A DNA stretch of 64,000 nt, from assembly GCA_964016885.1 (NCBI GenBank), contig OZ024742.1, positions 256,184,001 to 256,248,000 of the forward strand, read 5' to 3'. This DNA is from Eledone cirrhosa (taxonomy: Eukaryota). Positions 44,354 to 59,700 of this stretch are shown one piece after another. The notes beneath the pieces were generated by a model. It did not search any database, had not been told where the DNA came from, and was given only the letters and a program-made list of their open reading frames with translations. Every line of letters starts with the position of its first letter. Positions within the stretch are counted from its first letter, which is position 1. Position numbers and translations under genes: made by a program.

Positions 44354-45239
44354 TGCAGTTATACATACATATGTATATATATCTATGTGTGTGTGTGTTT
44401 TTATTCGTGTGTGTATGAGCGTACTAATCGTTTCTGCGCTTAGGTTTGGGTTTGTGTCGGTGTTTATGCTCTGTGATTAGTGGTTCGACTAAAATGGATC
44501 GTTGAAAGCAGTACTAGACTTTACAAATATGTACTTTAATAAATCAATAGAGTTCTCCAGCACTGTCAGAGACTTTTGACTGAAATTAGTAAAAATATAC
44601 ACCGGTAGAGGAAAATCAAAACCTAATTCCCGTGAGAGAATACCAATAAAGGACTCAGACAGTATTGTTGTCAGAGACCCGCATCTGCTCCCACACACAC
44701 TACACCTTGCGCAGTTACGAAACTATTAAATTCGTGGTATTTCATTAACACAAGCATATATGACACAACATAGGGCCAATAATTCAGAAACCTGGTTTAT
44801 GCCATAAAAAATTATGTCTGCGTTACATTACGTTTGGTTCTGACAAAACGTTTGAAAAATGGAACAAGCGACTCATAAAATAGGCATTTAAGAGGCTAAG
44901 CATTTCACTGACATGTATAATCCTAACCCATCTCTCACGGCGATACAGTGTGTAATAGCATGTGAGATGGCTTGCTCTTTTTTCCAATTGAGTCGAGTGG
45001 AGGAACTCGAAATAATTGTATTACCAAATACCCTAGCAACTCAACCAATTGTCTTCCCATGCACACACACACACACGCATACACCCACGCACATATGTAA
45101 ATATATATACACATACATTCAATCAAGCTTTAATATATATATATATAATTCTTTGTCGCTCTGTGTGTCTGTCCTATGTATTCTCAAACAGCTGGTCCAA
45201 ATCAAATCCAAATTTACAAGGTAAAGAGTATTAGACCCG

Positions 45240-46062
45240 GGGAGTGTCAACATGTAATTTTTATTTTCATTTGGATTAAGACAATATAATATTTTATCTA
45301 AAATAACCTATCTATATTGAACTATAGTAAACCACCCAACATCGGCGACCACGATGACGTCACGTTGTATATGAGTGTGTATGTGTGTGCGAGTTCGTTA
45401 GATACCTTAGGGTTCAGAGAAATAAACATACATCTACAGATACATATGTGATGACAGACAGGTGTGCGTGAATGTATGTATGTGTGTGTGTCTATCTAAT
45501 TATATGTATTTGAGTGTATGTCAGAGTGTGTGTAAGTGTTTGGGAGAGTGTATGTGTGTGTGAGTGTACGTGTGATGATTTTTGTTTTCATTTGGATTAA
45601 AATAATAAAAAAACAACACAAACACGTCACATTTTGTATATGAATATATATCTGTGAGCGTGTGTATGCAAGTTCATTAGGTACGTTATTAAATACACAC
45701 ACATCTACATATACATGTAGCGACTGTAAATAAACGAGGTAAAAAGCTATGCGTGTGTTTGCGTCAATGTATGCATGTGTGTGTCTGTCTTAGTATATGT
45801 ATGTGAGAGTGTGTAGCAAGAATTTGTTTATTTTGACACCAACAATAAAATTACACAATGAATATTGTTTACCCTAACGTGCTTAATGTATGACAGATTT
45901 TCATTAGTAAATTCTATTAACATTATAATTTTGATATTTATTTTATAAAATATAGATATTTAAAAATAATTATGAGAAGAAAAAATCATATCTTCATATT
46001 TATTGTTTACTAATCTGAATAAAAACAGTAGTAACCCGGGTAACATCGGGTAATTCAGCTAA
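45240..46062 (+). mobile_element. Non-autonomous Helitron-like element (family H2) with internal duplications
   Basis: 3' hairpin acccgggtaacatcgggt then aattcagctaa|t; reverse-complement match to about 39667-40110. Confidence 0.6.
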
Positions 46063-47110
46063 TATATATGCATATATACGTTCATATACATGTACATTCT
46101 TACGTAAATACATTCATGTGTATACAAATGCACACGTATATACATATGTATGATTATATTTATGACTAAGCGATACATAAAAATATATGATCAAAGACAC
46201 ACTAGATATAGCAACACTAATTTTTATATACAAACGAATACAAAATGATGAATGTCTTTCAACCTGTTTATGTTTTTCAATACGAGTTGATCTGTTTGAA
46301 ACAACTAAAATAGAATCTTCAAACATACAATGCAGTGTTATGTAAGAAATTGTTATTGAGTTATTATGTAATATGAAACGGAATTAAATATGCACTGTGA
46401 GATAAGATCAACGACCATACCTATCTAATTACAAGTATCATTTCGAAAATGTTGAAACTATGTTAATCCCTAAAAATAGAGTTATACCTATGTAAAGATA
46501 AATGTAAGAATCTTATTAGATAAATTCTGGATGTGTTTGAACGCAATGTAAATTCAAAGAAAAATGGAATATTAGGCAAAACGCTATCATTCATTCCAAA
46601 TCGCATATTTCTTGAACGTGTTTATTGTATACAAATATCAATTGTAATTAATTAGATTTAGTGAAACTAAATCTAAGTTAACGTTGAGATTTCACGATAA
46701 AAATGAATTGCTTTATTTAGTAATACATCATGCACTAATATTATTACCCAGAAGCAGATACGAATAATTGCATTAAACAGCGAGACAAAGTATTAATGTC
46801 GTCAAAAGTATATTAATAACAAATATACGGTAATATACGTGGATTTACTGACAGGCGTCGCTGATATGCAGAGGGGTTTGTTTCGTAAACAACTGGTTCA
46901 ATACTCAATCCAGCTGTATTACACCTTGGACAAGGATATTCTACTCTATTATACAGGGATTAACTAATTTCTACCGGGTGGAATTTACTAGACGAAAAAT
47001 CCAAGCGTGTGTCTTATGCACACACATCTCACGCACACGTACACACACGTATACACACACACATGCTAACACATACACACACACAGATACACACACAGAT
47101 ACACACACAT

Positions 47111-47197
<87 letters not shown>

Positions 47198-47354
47198 CAT
47201 ATATAAACGATCTATGCATTTAGCATTTCTTAATGTTATTCTTATATACACATAAACAAATATATATCATAATATAATAAAGGGGGGAGTGCGGGACTGT
47301 GTCCTGAATATATTTTTCTATCCTGTTAGTAAAATAAGTTTTATTACTTTTGAA

Positions 47355-47533
47355 TAAATAATTGTTTCTACGTTAGGCACAAGGCCAGCAATTACCCAGT
47401 GTATTACTGGTACTTTATTTTATCGACCCCGTAAGGATGAAAGGCAAAGTTAACTCGGTGGGATTTGAACTCAGAATGGCAAGGGCCGTAACTCTATGCG
47501 TCAAAGCATGGCGTCCGACCCTCTACCAATACT
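47355..47533 (-). mobile_element. tRNA-derived SINE (short subfamily)
   Basis: Near-identical to the 10064 and 22038 copies. Confidence 0.9.
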
Positions 47534-48059
47534 AATGAATGAATATTTCATACTTTATGTAGTACATTTCGTAGCTGTTGATTAAACATAAATATTCTTA
47601 TATAGAAGTGCTTCTATATATTTTTTTTCTTATATATAATGATTGCTTATTTTAAGATTCACTTCTTTTAAAATGTTCAAATGTCAATATTTCCCATTAT
47701 GATATACCGGAAGCTATATATATATATCACTTATATAAACGTTCATCATACGTTCATCGTTATATCATAACGTTTATATTTCCGTCGCTAATTTTCTCCT
47801 TTTTCGTTTTCATTAAATTTCACCGTAATGCAGTTTATATATAATATCACCTTTTTAAAATGTATCATCGATTACTTTACATATTACAGAAGACAGTGTA
47901 ACACAGTCTGTCTTCAGTGTCTGTGCATATTGTCAATTACGATTTCATTTGACGTATCATATATACAGGCATATATATCAGCGTATAATGTCAATATAAC
48001 CACTACACATGCTAGTAGAAAACCACCCGAGGGTGGTTTGTTTGATAGTGTATATAATA

Positions 48060-48535
48060 ATAGCATTAAGAAAAATGTTGATGTTACATAAATCAATTAT
48101 TCGTAATAATTATTTCAACATTTAATTCATGTATTTGTTGTTTTATGAAAACAGTAACTTCAGATGAAATTCGATTTTGTGATATGCCGCCCGCAGAAAA
48201 AAACACGTCCTTCTAAACGTGCGGCCGGCTGCTAAATGAGTTCCTAAAAGGGTCTTTCCCAGCCGTGGTGTTTACTGGAGTTAAATGCTACCCATGTGTC
48301 AATTAGCGAAAACTGGACTCATGTACCCCATACGGAATTAGGGTCGTAAATTATCAAAGGATAACCCTTCAAGTATGTTGTGTTGCCCGGTACCAAACGA
48401 TAGTCTACGGGTAGCTAGATTCCAGCGGAAAGTGGAAACAATAAACGGAACTCTGAGGGAGGGCGATATACACAATTTCATGGCAGCTACATTCAAGACA
48501 ACAACAATAGAAGCGACAACAACAACAACAACAAC

Positions 48536-48578
<43 letters not shown>

Positions 48579-50470
48579 AAAACAACAGCATCACCGACCA
48601 CATCACCTACACAGATGTTTGTGGCAGCGACAGGCCAACCGCAGATGTGAGCCTCGCGAGTTGGATTGGTCCTTCCAGCGCATCTCCCTTACCATCCACC
48701 GGGAAAACGCATTCTCCATTCTCTCCGCCGTGGCTGTGGGACAGCCACCAATATAATTACCTAACTTTTTCATTACCATATTTCTAATGAAATCTTTAAT
48801 GTAAAAAAATAAAAATGAAATTGTGGTTACCCTTCTTACAGATATGACAGCTGCGGGAGTGGTTTGTTTGGCACGAGGCGAATTGTTCGTGCCACTAATA
48901 CAATATATTTATTAAACAACAATTTGACTTGCCCGAACCATAGTGTTAGTATTGAAGGAAGATGCATTTGTGTTGTATGTCCGTTGGATTGGCCATGCCG
49001 ATTAGAGCGTCCCGAACCGTGGGTTCTCAGTTCTTAGTGAGGGAGGCGACTCGTATTGTCCACAACCCCCCCCCCCCCCCACTCTGTACCTGCATAGGGG
49101 CTGCGCAGTCCTCCTCCGTCTACTACGTGGAACTCCTCTTTTTGCATCGTAGGCGAAGTTGGTTCCCTGTTTATTAAACGGTGCCCGGAGTCTTTCGCCT
49201 TTAGGTTTACAGTTCTTCTTGGATTAGTTTTATTAAAAAGCTGTTGTGTAGTTCCACTTCCAGGGATGTGTGTTGCACTCCCAGTCGTATCAAGCCCGCT
49301 ATTTGTTCCCTCTGATCTGTTACTGTCAGCGGTTACGTTATTATTTCGATTAGGTATATATTTAATTTTGTCTTTGCAACCTGCACTAATAAGAGCATAA
49401 TTATCATAGCTAAGTTGTTGAAGTTTTCCCGGTTGGCTGACAGAGATGATATCCTACGCATTTCACTATGGGCCTTTTGACTGACTTGGGATTGTTAGAG
49501 TTTGCAGTAACGTATTTTAGCCACTCGTTCGGCCTGTGGTACAGATAATAGAGGCTGGTTTCTAAATTGAGGGTAACGTTCAGGAAGTTAACTATTTTTC
49601 TATTATGATTTATATATATGCTGATGCCCATGTTTTTAAAGAATTTAATTAATATTTTCCTGATGTAACCTGTTCAGCTCCAGCCACCACAGATCAGCTG
49701 GAACCTTCCCCAGACTGTACGGGGTAGCAACGTAGTTGTACTGGCTATGGTCTAGTACAAAGCTTGACCATGGAAGTCATTATTATTATTATTGTAGGAA
49801 TTTATTTACAGCGACCTGAGCCACCAGGCGTTTTATTGTTGCCGTTGTCGTGACTAATTCATTACTGGTGTTGTTGTTATTGTTGTTGGTACCGTTGCCG
49901 CTATCTGGCTATCGGGTAGGGATATAATCGCTGCCATTAGCTGGGTGTTACTATCATTACTACTACAACGGCCAGTATAGGTGATGTAGTCGGTGTTGTT
50001 GTTTTTGTTGCTGTTGTTTTGAATGTAACTGTCATCAAATTGTGTATATCGCCCTCCCCCAGAGTTCCGTTTATTGCTTCCATTCTCTGCTGGAATCTAG
50101 TTACGCGTAGACTATTGTTTGTTACAGGTCAACACAACATACTGGAAGGGTTATCCTTTGATAATTTACGACCTTAATTCCGTAGAGGGTAGTGAGTCCA
50201 ATTTTCGCTAGTTGACACATGGATAGCATTTTAGTCCCGTAAACACGACGGCTGGGAAATACCTTTTTAAGAACTGATATGTCTGTCGGGCGCAAGAACG
50301 TGTTCTTTTCCCCCGGTTGCAAATCACAAAATCGAATTTCATCTGGAAATAGCGTTCTCTTATCAACAACAAATGCTTGAATTAAATGTTGGATTGCATT
50401 GGAGAACTGTTTAAATAATTATTATGAATAAATGATTTATGTAACATCAGCATCTTTCTTGATGTTTTTC
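48060..50470 (-). mobile_element. Naiad-like PLE remnant bounded by about 470-bp inverted pLTRs (48060-48530 / 49990-50470)
   Basis: Minus ORF RKIVNFLNVTLNLETSLYYLYHRPNEWLKYVTANSNNP, then YALISAG; arms are reverse complements; degenerate hammerheads at 48100-48168 and 50338-50428. Confidence 0.8.
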
Positions 50471-51046
50471 TTATACTGAATCTCCATTGTAATCAGAAAA
50501 TACGAGTGTAGAGAGCTTTCTGCTGCTTGCACCTGTTTTTACCAAAACACTCTCTTCTGAGCAATGTTGCCGATATTTGACCAACTAAAGGTAATGACCG
50601 ATACATCTTAGCACCTGTAACGTCGCAACTCATTACTACAGTCGAATAAACTATAGACACGTGAAATAAAGTGTCTTCCTTAAGGACAAAACGCATCAAC
50701 CGGTATTGTTATAAACCTGGCGCTTCTCCTGTGCAAATTCTGTGCCTGTTTAAAATACAAAAAATCAGTGCTCAATATCGTTTGTCCTGAAATACAAATA
50801 CATGTTGGCATGAATCACTATCATAACAGCGTCTTGTTCCGATGAGCCAAACTTGTTTCGTCGTAACGAGTTTAACCTGAGACTCTGATTCGTCCAGTTT
50901 CTGCAATTTACAAATTTTCAGAAGCAGTATCAATCGTTATGTTTCCTCTGTCTTCACCTTTTCCCTTCTCCGTGACCCCTTGCATCACAGTAGTTTTATA
51001 GCCCTACTAGGTGTGTGAAAATTTATATATATATATATATATATAT

Positions 51047-51188
51047 CACAAACAAGATGTGGTAAGATACCAGGCGGACCATAAGGCACCAGAGTACTTC
51101 ATACTCGGGGTAGTAGCGTGGGTAATATGAAAAGAGTTCGTATCTAGCTGTCGAAACGACCCGATCTCAGTCGTCGGCGTCCTGACTC

Positions 51189-51196
<8 letters not shown>
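51047..51196. mobile_element. Short PLE-type insert (7014 family) with inversion: tail on minus, HHR 3' half on plus
   Basis: gtggtaagataccaggcggaccataag tail, then tagctgtc-GAAAcgac-ccgatctca-gtcgTC-ggcgtcctgact. Confidence 0.65.
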
Positions 51197-51232
<36 letters not shown>

Positions 51233-52166
51233 GGGGGCGGGTGTTTGTGTGCGTGATTGTGTGTGTGGGTGTACTTATTTCCATATACGTAGGCATATAT
51301 GAGTTTGTGTGTGGATGTGTATGTGTATCCATATCTATTTTATATATAAACAGTATAAAAATAGGTGATCTTAACTGAGTTTATTTTCTGAAAGCGGACT
51401 TATCAATTTAGAAATTCCAAATTCCTTCTCTTGTCTAGAAGACTGTATACATATTATATAACATCATACTGCGCAAAACACACTTACATCATTAATCAAA
51501 CTGTCAGCTTAAATTATATGGAATAACTCTCCTGTATAAGTGGAGCCATGACCAAGACTGTTGTATCAGTTGTGATATTTTGCATGAAAAAATCCATCTG
51601 AGTATTAATCCATTAATCACATTTCACATGACAGTCTTAATGAATTAAGCATGCGTATTTCAAATGTTATATATCCCCGTTCAGTTTCTAGAACATTTCT
51701 TACTTCTTATTCTCTTATCATTTCATCTCAATTGCATTGATATAAAATGTCTGAAATTTCGGTTTGTAGATTTACGGCTGAGAACTCGGGTTTAGTGTAT
51801 CGAAATTATCCAGTATTTTGCATCTGTTACTATGTTTCGACCACAGCAATTCTGTTGGAGAGCAAAACACATAAATCAGGCAGAAAATATTTGTCTGGAC
51901 TTTTTTCAGAACCGATAAACGATAACATACATGTACAATAGGAAACAAACACACACTAATATATTGATATAAATATACATGTACACATAAATATAAATAT
52001 GTGTATTTACATAATTACTTATATATTTATATAAAAGTTTATCGTTTACCGTTTATCGTTTTCGGTGCACCCAGCCGATTAAACCACTCGATATGCAAAT
52101 TGGGCTACTCAGCCGTTAATGTGCATAAGGTTATAATATACGTTCAGCAATCTGGCAGGAAGGTAT

Positions 52167-52209
52167 ACGTTGTTGACGATAGCTAATAAGCTTGAAACTA
52201 GTACAGCGT
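52167..52209 (+). ncRNA. Minimal type I hammerhead (C3U variant)
   Basis: acgttg-TTGACGA-tagc-taataa-gctt-GAAA-ctag-TA-cagcgt. Confidence 0.75.
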
Positions 52210-52586
52210 TCCTTTGTCAGTGTTGAACAAACTAGCAACGATGGTTGCTAGACAATACGGCTTAATACGGGATGTTTGTTTACAAACACACCGAGCATTA
52301 TAATAAATGTTCGGTGAATCCATACGTACATATATATATGTGTGCATATATGTATATATATGTACATACTATTGTACGTCTGTATACATATATGTATGTA
52401 CGTGTACATACTTATATTTAAGTAACAGCCGTACTAAAAGTGGGAAATGGAATTTCGTTTCATTTTTTCCGTTTATCGTTTTCGGTGCACCCGGCTGATT
52501 AACCCACTCGATATGCAAATTGGGCTACTCAGCCGTTAATGTGTATAAGGTAAGTATATACGTTCAACAATCTGCCAGGAAGGTAT

Positions 52587-52629
52587 ACGTTGCTGACGAT
52601 AGCTAATAAGCTTGAAACTAGTACAGCGT
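52587..52629 (+). ncRNA. Minimal type I hammerhead with canonical core
   Basis: acgttg-CTGACGA-tagc-taataa-gctt-GAAA-ctag-TA-cagcgt; palindromic ACUAGU stem III; GUA triplet. Confidence 0.88.
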
Positions 52630-52872
52630 TCCTTTGTCAGTGTTGAACAAACGAGCAACGATGGTTGCTAGACACTACGGCTTAATACGGGATGTTTGTT
52701 TACAAACACACCGAGCATTATAATAAATGTTCGGTGAATTTATACGTACATATATATATATATATGTGTGCATGTATGTATATATATGTACATACTACTG
52801 TACGTCTGTATACATATATGTATGTACATACTTATATATAAAAGTATTTGTGCAAATATGTATCTACTTGTA

Positions 52873-52913
<41 letters not shown>

Positions 52914-53041
52914 ATATATATATATGTATATATATATACACACACACACACACATATATATATACATAAGTATATATACACATATTTATATATATATATG
53001 TGTGTGTATATCTATATATATTTATATATATATACACACAC

Positions 53042-53130
<89 letters not shown>

Positions 53131-53346
53131 CATATATATATATACATATATATATATAAATATATATATATACATATATAGTAATAATAATAAATTTGAA
53201 GACTAAAATCCAAAGAGAGCTCGATAAGGATAAATATATATCAAATATATAAGTACCGTAGAGCAAATATTTATTAAAATAACAGATTAAAGATATTTTA
53301 ATAAATCTATATACATATATATATATATATATACATATATATATTT

Positions 53347-53423
<77 letters not shown>

Positions 53424-53597
53424 CGAATACACACAAATATATCTACGTATATATAAATTCTGATGGGAATTAATTCCCATCGTTGAACGAAGAAACTTAG
53501 CTTTTTACGCCAACTGAACACGTCTCTGTACTGAGGTATCGACATACGGGTGGAACACGTAATACCGGATGTTTTCAAAGTTTTGTGTCGTATCTGA

Positions 53598-53700
53598 AAT
53601 GGCTGAAGATTAGATCATTCTCAACTGAACAGCTTAGTATATAATTTCAATATTCATAGTTGTGTATCAACGACAACTCTATGAAACTAGTTGTAAAATG
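53598..53700 (+). ncRNA. Possible degenerate extended hammerhead
   Basis: CTGAAGA-ttaga...tctat-GAAA-ctagttg-TA; stem I poorly paired; segment lies between (TA)n tracts. Confidence 0.35.
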
Positions 53701-54959
53701 AAATTCGTCTAAATGAATATATATATATATATATATTAGAGGCAATCTAGCACATTCCGTGCTAAATACATCCAATAACTTCCGGAATTATTTTGTCAAT
53801 CGTATCGGTTATTCGAACCTTTTGGTACGAATTATAACAAACTTGCTCTGGTACTAAGAAACAAATCACCAAGGGTCCCTTTTTAATGAAAATGTTCCAA
53901 TATATTTTCATGCACAGTCAAGGACATATCTTAGCAATAATATATTTTAAAAATCAAAAATTGTTCTTAATTGAAATACGGCTTATATCATTAGAAACAC
54001 AGTAGCTATATTCATCTCAACACATAAATACTACACCACCCACGCTTGCAGTGTTTCTGAGGCTTTCCAAATTCATCAAAAAGGTCACGCCAAAAGATTT
54101 CAGGAATCTTGCGCAAACTCTCTTGATGGAAAACATATTTTCTTGTACAAAACATAAATATTTATTTGTTCCTCTGTTCACCGTATTGTCATTTCTTTGT
54201 CTTTTTAACATCTTTACTGAAATCCTCAAATTCGAAACTAATTGGCTGATTTTAGTGTCTATACAAATCTTCACACTGCACCTATTTCTTGCTACCTACA
54301 CAGACTTTACCTTTCCTTATCACCTTTCAAGTCTTGTTCAAGGATCGCAACGATTATAGAATAATGTTGCTGAACATATTGATACAAACATTCATTCATT
54401 TAAAGTTAAAAGAGATTGATTTCAACTGCCTGCCCAGAGAAATAGATAGTATAGGATTTATATTGGCTTTTAGAAAAATTATATTTGTAGAGTGTTCACG
54501 TCTTCATTACAAGGTTAGATTAAAGGCTTTGGGGTATCCACTCCAGGTTTGTGCTCTGATTGGAAGTCCAACCGGGAATACGTTTGCCTTTCATCCTTTA
54601 AGTATACATAGATAATCTACCAATTCAATACTGAGGTCGATTCTTCTTATTTTTCTTCTTCTTCTTCTTCTTCTTCTTCTTCTTCTTCTTCTTCTTCTTC
54701 TTCTTCTTCTTCCCCTTCCCTCTGCCTCTCCTCTATTTTTCAGTCCCTATCTTTCTGTGGAAGTAAATGGCAGTTGTCAGACTTATTGGGTTTACAACGC
54801 CTCTATCTCAAAATCAGGAATTATCGGATCAATGATATGTCCATATCTACATGTAACAGATACATAAGTATATTTCACTAACTCAGCGTAAGTGTGCTAT
54901 ATGTGGTTTTAGTTGTAAACACTAAAAATAAGAACTTAATCTCATCTCAATTTCGATAG

Positions 54960-55290
54960 AGACGGGTAAAATATGCAGGAAATCTTCCGGAAGAGAGTAA
55001 ATGATTTGCTTTTCTTGGATGACCTGAAATTACATGGCAAGAATGAGATAGAGCTGCAATCCTTAATCAGTTCGATGGGTGTATTTAGTAACGGCATATA
55101 CATGGAATTTGGAATTTCCGAATGTAGAATCCTTGAAAAGAAGAGTGGCAAATACAATAAAAGTGATGAGATAAATTTACCAAATGAAGAAAGGATCCCA
55201 CAGATTGACACATATCTGACAGTTTTGGAAGCTGATGTTATAAAAGATGGACTAATCAAAAATAGAATTAGGTGAGAGTAGCTTTAAAGG
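54960..55290 (+). mobile_element. R4-type LINE RT fragment
   Basis: RVNDLLFLDDLKLHGKNEIELQSLISSMGVFSNGIYMEFGISEC. Confidence 0.85.
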
Positions 55291-55295
55291 TTACA

Positions 55296-56773
<1,478 letters not shown>

Positions 56774-56789
56774 TAGGATATTAACATCC

Positions 56790-59700
56790 TATGATGAGTA
56801 TGTGCACAATGCTTTCATTGTTCGGCGCGGATCAAAGGCAGAGCCGTTTGATATCACTTCCGTACTTGTAGAGTTTATCTCGAAACGGCAGTCCCTAGTA
56901 GAGCTGCCAAGTGAGAGATTTCTGGAAGTCATCCATAGTCTCAGGCTTGAAAGTCCTCCGTGACAGAATGGTGATGTCGAATTATGTTACAGCCAGACAC
57001 TCTCCAAATACGTCGCCGAATTTGGTCACCACTAATCCTCTATAGAAATTGAAAATGTAGAGAGTGCTGGCAGCAAATTGACCACTTCACCAACGGAACC
57101 TGTCCCTTCCGCAACAATCTGAACCTAGGCCGTTCCAATTTGGTGAGGCACGAATGTGGGTAAGGAAAGACGGTCAGGCGGTAATAGATGATGGATACGA
57201 TGTAAATTATTCATCATTCTGTGTTGAATAAAGCATATTTCAGAAAAAACAACAACAACCTACAAACCAATGATCACCCCATTTACACCTCCCACTAAAA
57301 AACAACAAGAAACTAAAATTACAATACAAAACAAAATGAAATGGAAGCAACTCAAATAAGCTACACTACCACCCACCACAATACCACTTCCATCACCACC
57401 AACTCCATAATCAATCTCCCCGTTACCACCATCACTACTCTTAAAACAGAAACAGTTGAAACAAGACTCTTACACTCATTACTTGTGCAACCATAACAGT
57501 ATACTACAACCAACAACAATATCGTCTCAATCAATAAGAGCAATGGCACAACTATACTATCATTATAATGGTTACTAGAAGTGGTACCCGGCGTTGCTCG
57601 GGATAAGGTATTTTGGAACGCGGTCCGCCAACAGACCTAATCGTGGAAAAACTGCATGGCTGGACAATATGTAAAGAAAAGAAACCGAATACTCAGATGG
57701 CTGGATACTCTTTAAGATTTTCCACGATGAAGCAGGAAAAATGCGGGTTTTCACTTAATGCGGGACCTAGGGGATCAAGAAAATGAATTTTCTCATGTAT
57801 ACAATATGCATTGAAATTTCGGGAGGTCGGCTGGACGTAACGCCTCCAGAAAACACTAAAAACCTGAAAAAACGTAGTTTTTCACCTAATGCGGGCCCTA
57901 GGGGATCAAAAAGTTGAAATGTTTATGTGCATAACACTCCCTGAAACATAAGTAATACACATGTAAAGTTTGAAAAAAGTCGGTGGGAACTTCTCGAGTT
58001 TTAGGGATTCAAACTCACAGACACACACACACACACACACACACATCCTCAGGGAAGTGACGTAATGCAGACAGCCAGACATACAAACATATATTATAAG
58101 GGCACGACGTTATATGCATGTATCTATCTAAAAAGAGAAAGACTAAGAATTGTAAAGAGAGATCGCTAAATCGCTTAATGCGGTCCCTAGGGCATTGAAC
58201 ATTTTGAAATGTTTTTCTCTCAGAACACTCCCTGAAACATAAGTATTACATGTGTAAAGTTTGAAAACAGTCGGTTGGGTGTTTCTCGAATTTTAGGGAT
58301 TCAACTCACACACAAACACACAGAGACAGACATCCTCAGTTTTATAAATATAGATAATTATTTCACTGCTGGCCAACCGGAGTGTTTCCCAAAGTGTCTG
58401 GTAGCATTCTCTGGACATCTAATTCCATGCGTAACACAAGCATGAATTGCAAAAAAAAACAAAAAATAATACAGAACACCAAATCGCTTGTCCTGAAGCG
58501 CATCCATCAGGAAGGTGCTAAACGGAGATCCAAAAGTCTTCCTCAGGGACAAACACTTCTCCGATTATGAACCTGGATGGGCACTTAAACGGGGATTGCT
58601 CTAAATCAAGCCAACCAGCTCCGCCATCCCAGCCACCTATAAAAGAAAATTGTAAAAGGATGATATCGACCCGAGAAGAGTATAAAGAAGTAATATAGAC
58701 ATATTGCTATGCATTAGTTAAGCCTTCACCAGAGAGACACTCGGCAAAGTCTTACAAAATATATAAAACACAAAATCAAGCTAGCAGACGTTATTTGGAT
58801 GAAAACAAAGTAGCCGGTGTTAGGAGGGATATCTTCAGAAATAATAGATACTGAAATAACTGCGATCAAGCATGCTGTGGTGAATGACATAAATATAATT
58901 CATGAAAGAATTGAAGAATTAGAACTTGAACTTACTGTGTTGAATGAAATCATTTACACATCCACTAGTGCAATTGAAAGAAGTTGTTTACCACCAAAAA
59001 GAACAAAGTCTAACTTTATAAGTAAACCGATTTCGAAGAGTAGAATTGAAAGTATATTAACCTAATGAGAGGGAAAATATATTTACTAAATGAGCTAAAC
59101 ACTGCAACTGATGTAAGATCCTCGAAGGGAAGAAAGCTAATTGAAATTATGGACTTCATCTCGAGAAGTACTAATATCAACAAAGGAACTTCTGAATCAA
59201 AAAGTCCAATTAAAAGTCCAACGAGAATCGAAACACCTACAGGGTAAAGAAGTTGTTTAGATCCAATGCCAAGTCATTCTATGGAGAAACAAGGAAGCAG
59301 AACATAAGTATTGAAGGCCCGCCTTCAAAAAGAATGACCTGGAGAGCAAATGGTATTACTTACCTTCTCCCAAAGAACAATGAAACTAATGATACCAAAA
59401 GCTATCGGCTCATAAATTGCTTGTCTACGGTTTATAAGCTAATAACTTCTGTTCTCATGTAGAAAGCATGTGCATGTATGTAGAATAATCGTTTCCCCAT
59501 TGAACAAAAAAGGTGCCTACGAGGTTCATATGGTTGGAAAAATAAACACTTAAATAAGCCACCTATATTATAAGGATAATCTAAAGCTATATTGAAAAGA
59601 TATTTGCGAGCTGGAAGGTTTTTTGAGGGCAGTAAAAACATTTACTCATGACATCTGGATGAAGTTTGTATTTGATAAGTGTGCCAAGGCCATATTCAAG

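Larger units (their letters stand above)
52049..52840 (+). mobile_element. Tandem dimer with exact 420-bp period, one minimal hammerhead per unit (non-LTR retrozyme-like)
   Basis: Lines 52081-52320 and 52501-52740 are in register and nearly identical; no meaningful ORF. Confidence 0.85.

Noticed and set aside
48375-48650. ORF with poly-T and poly-A amino-acid runs
   Set aside because: (ACA)n/(GCA)n triplet repeats at the edge of a PLE terminal repeat
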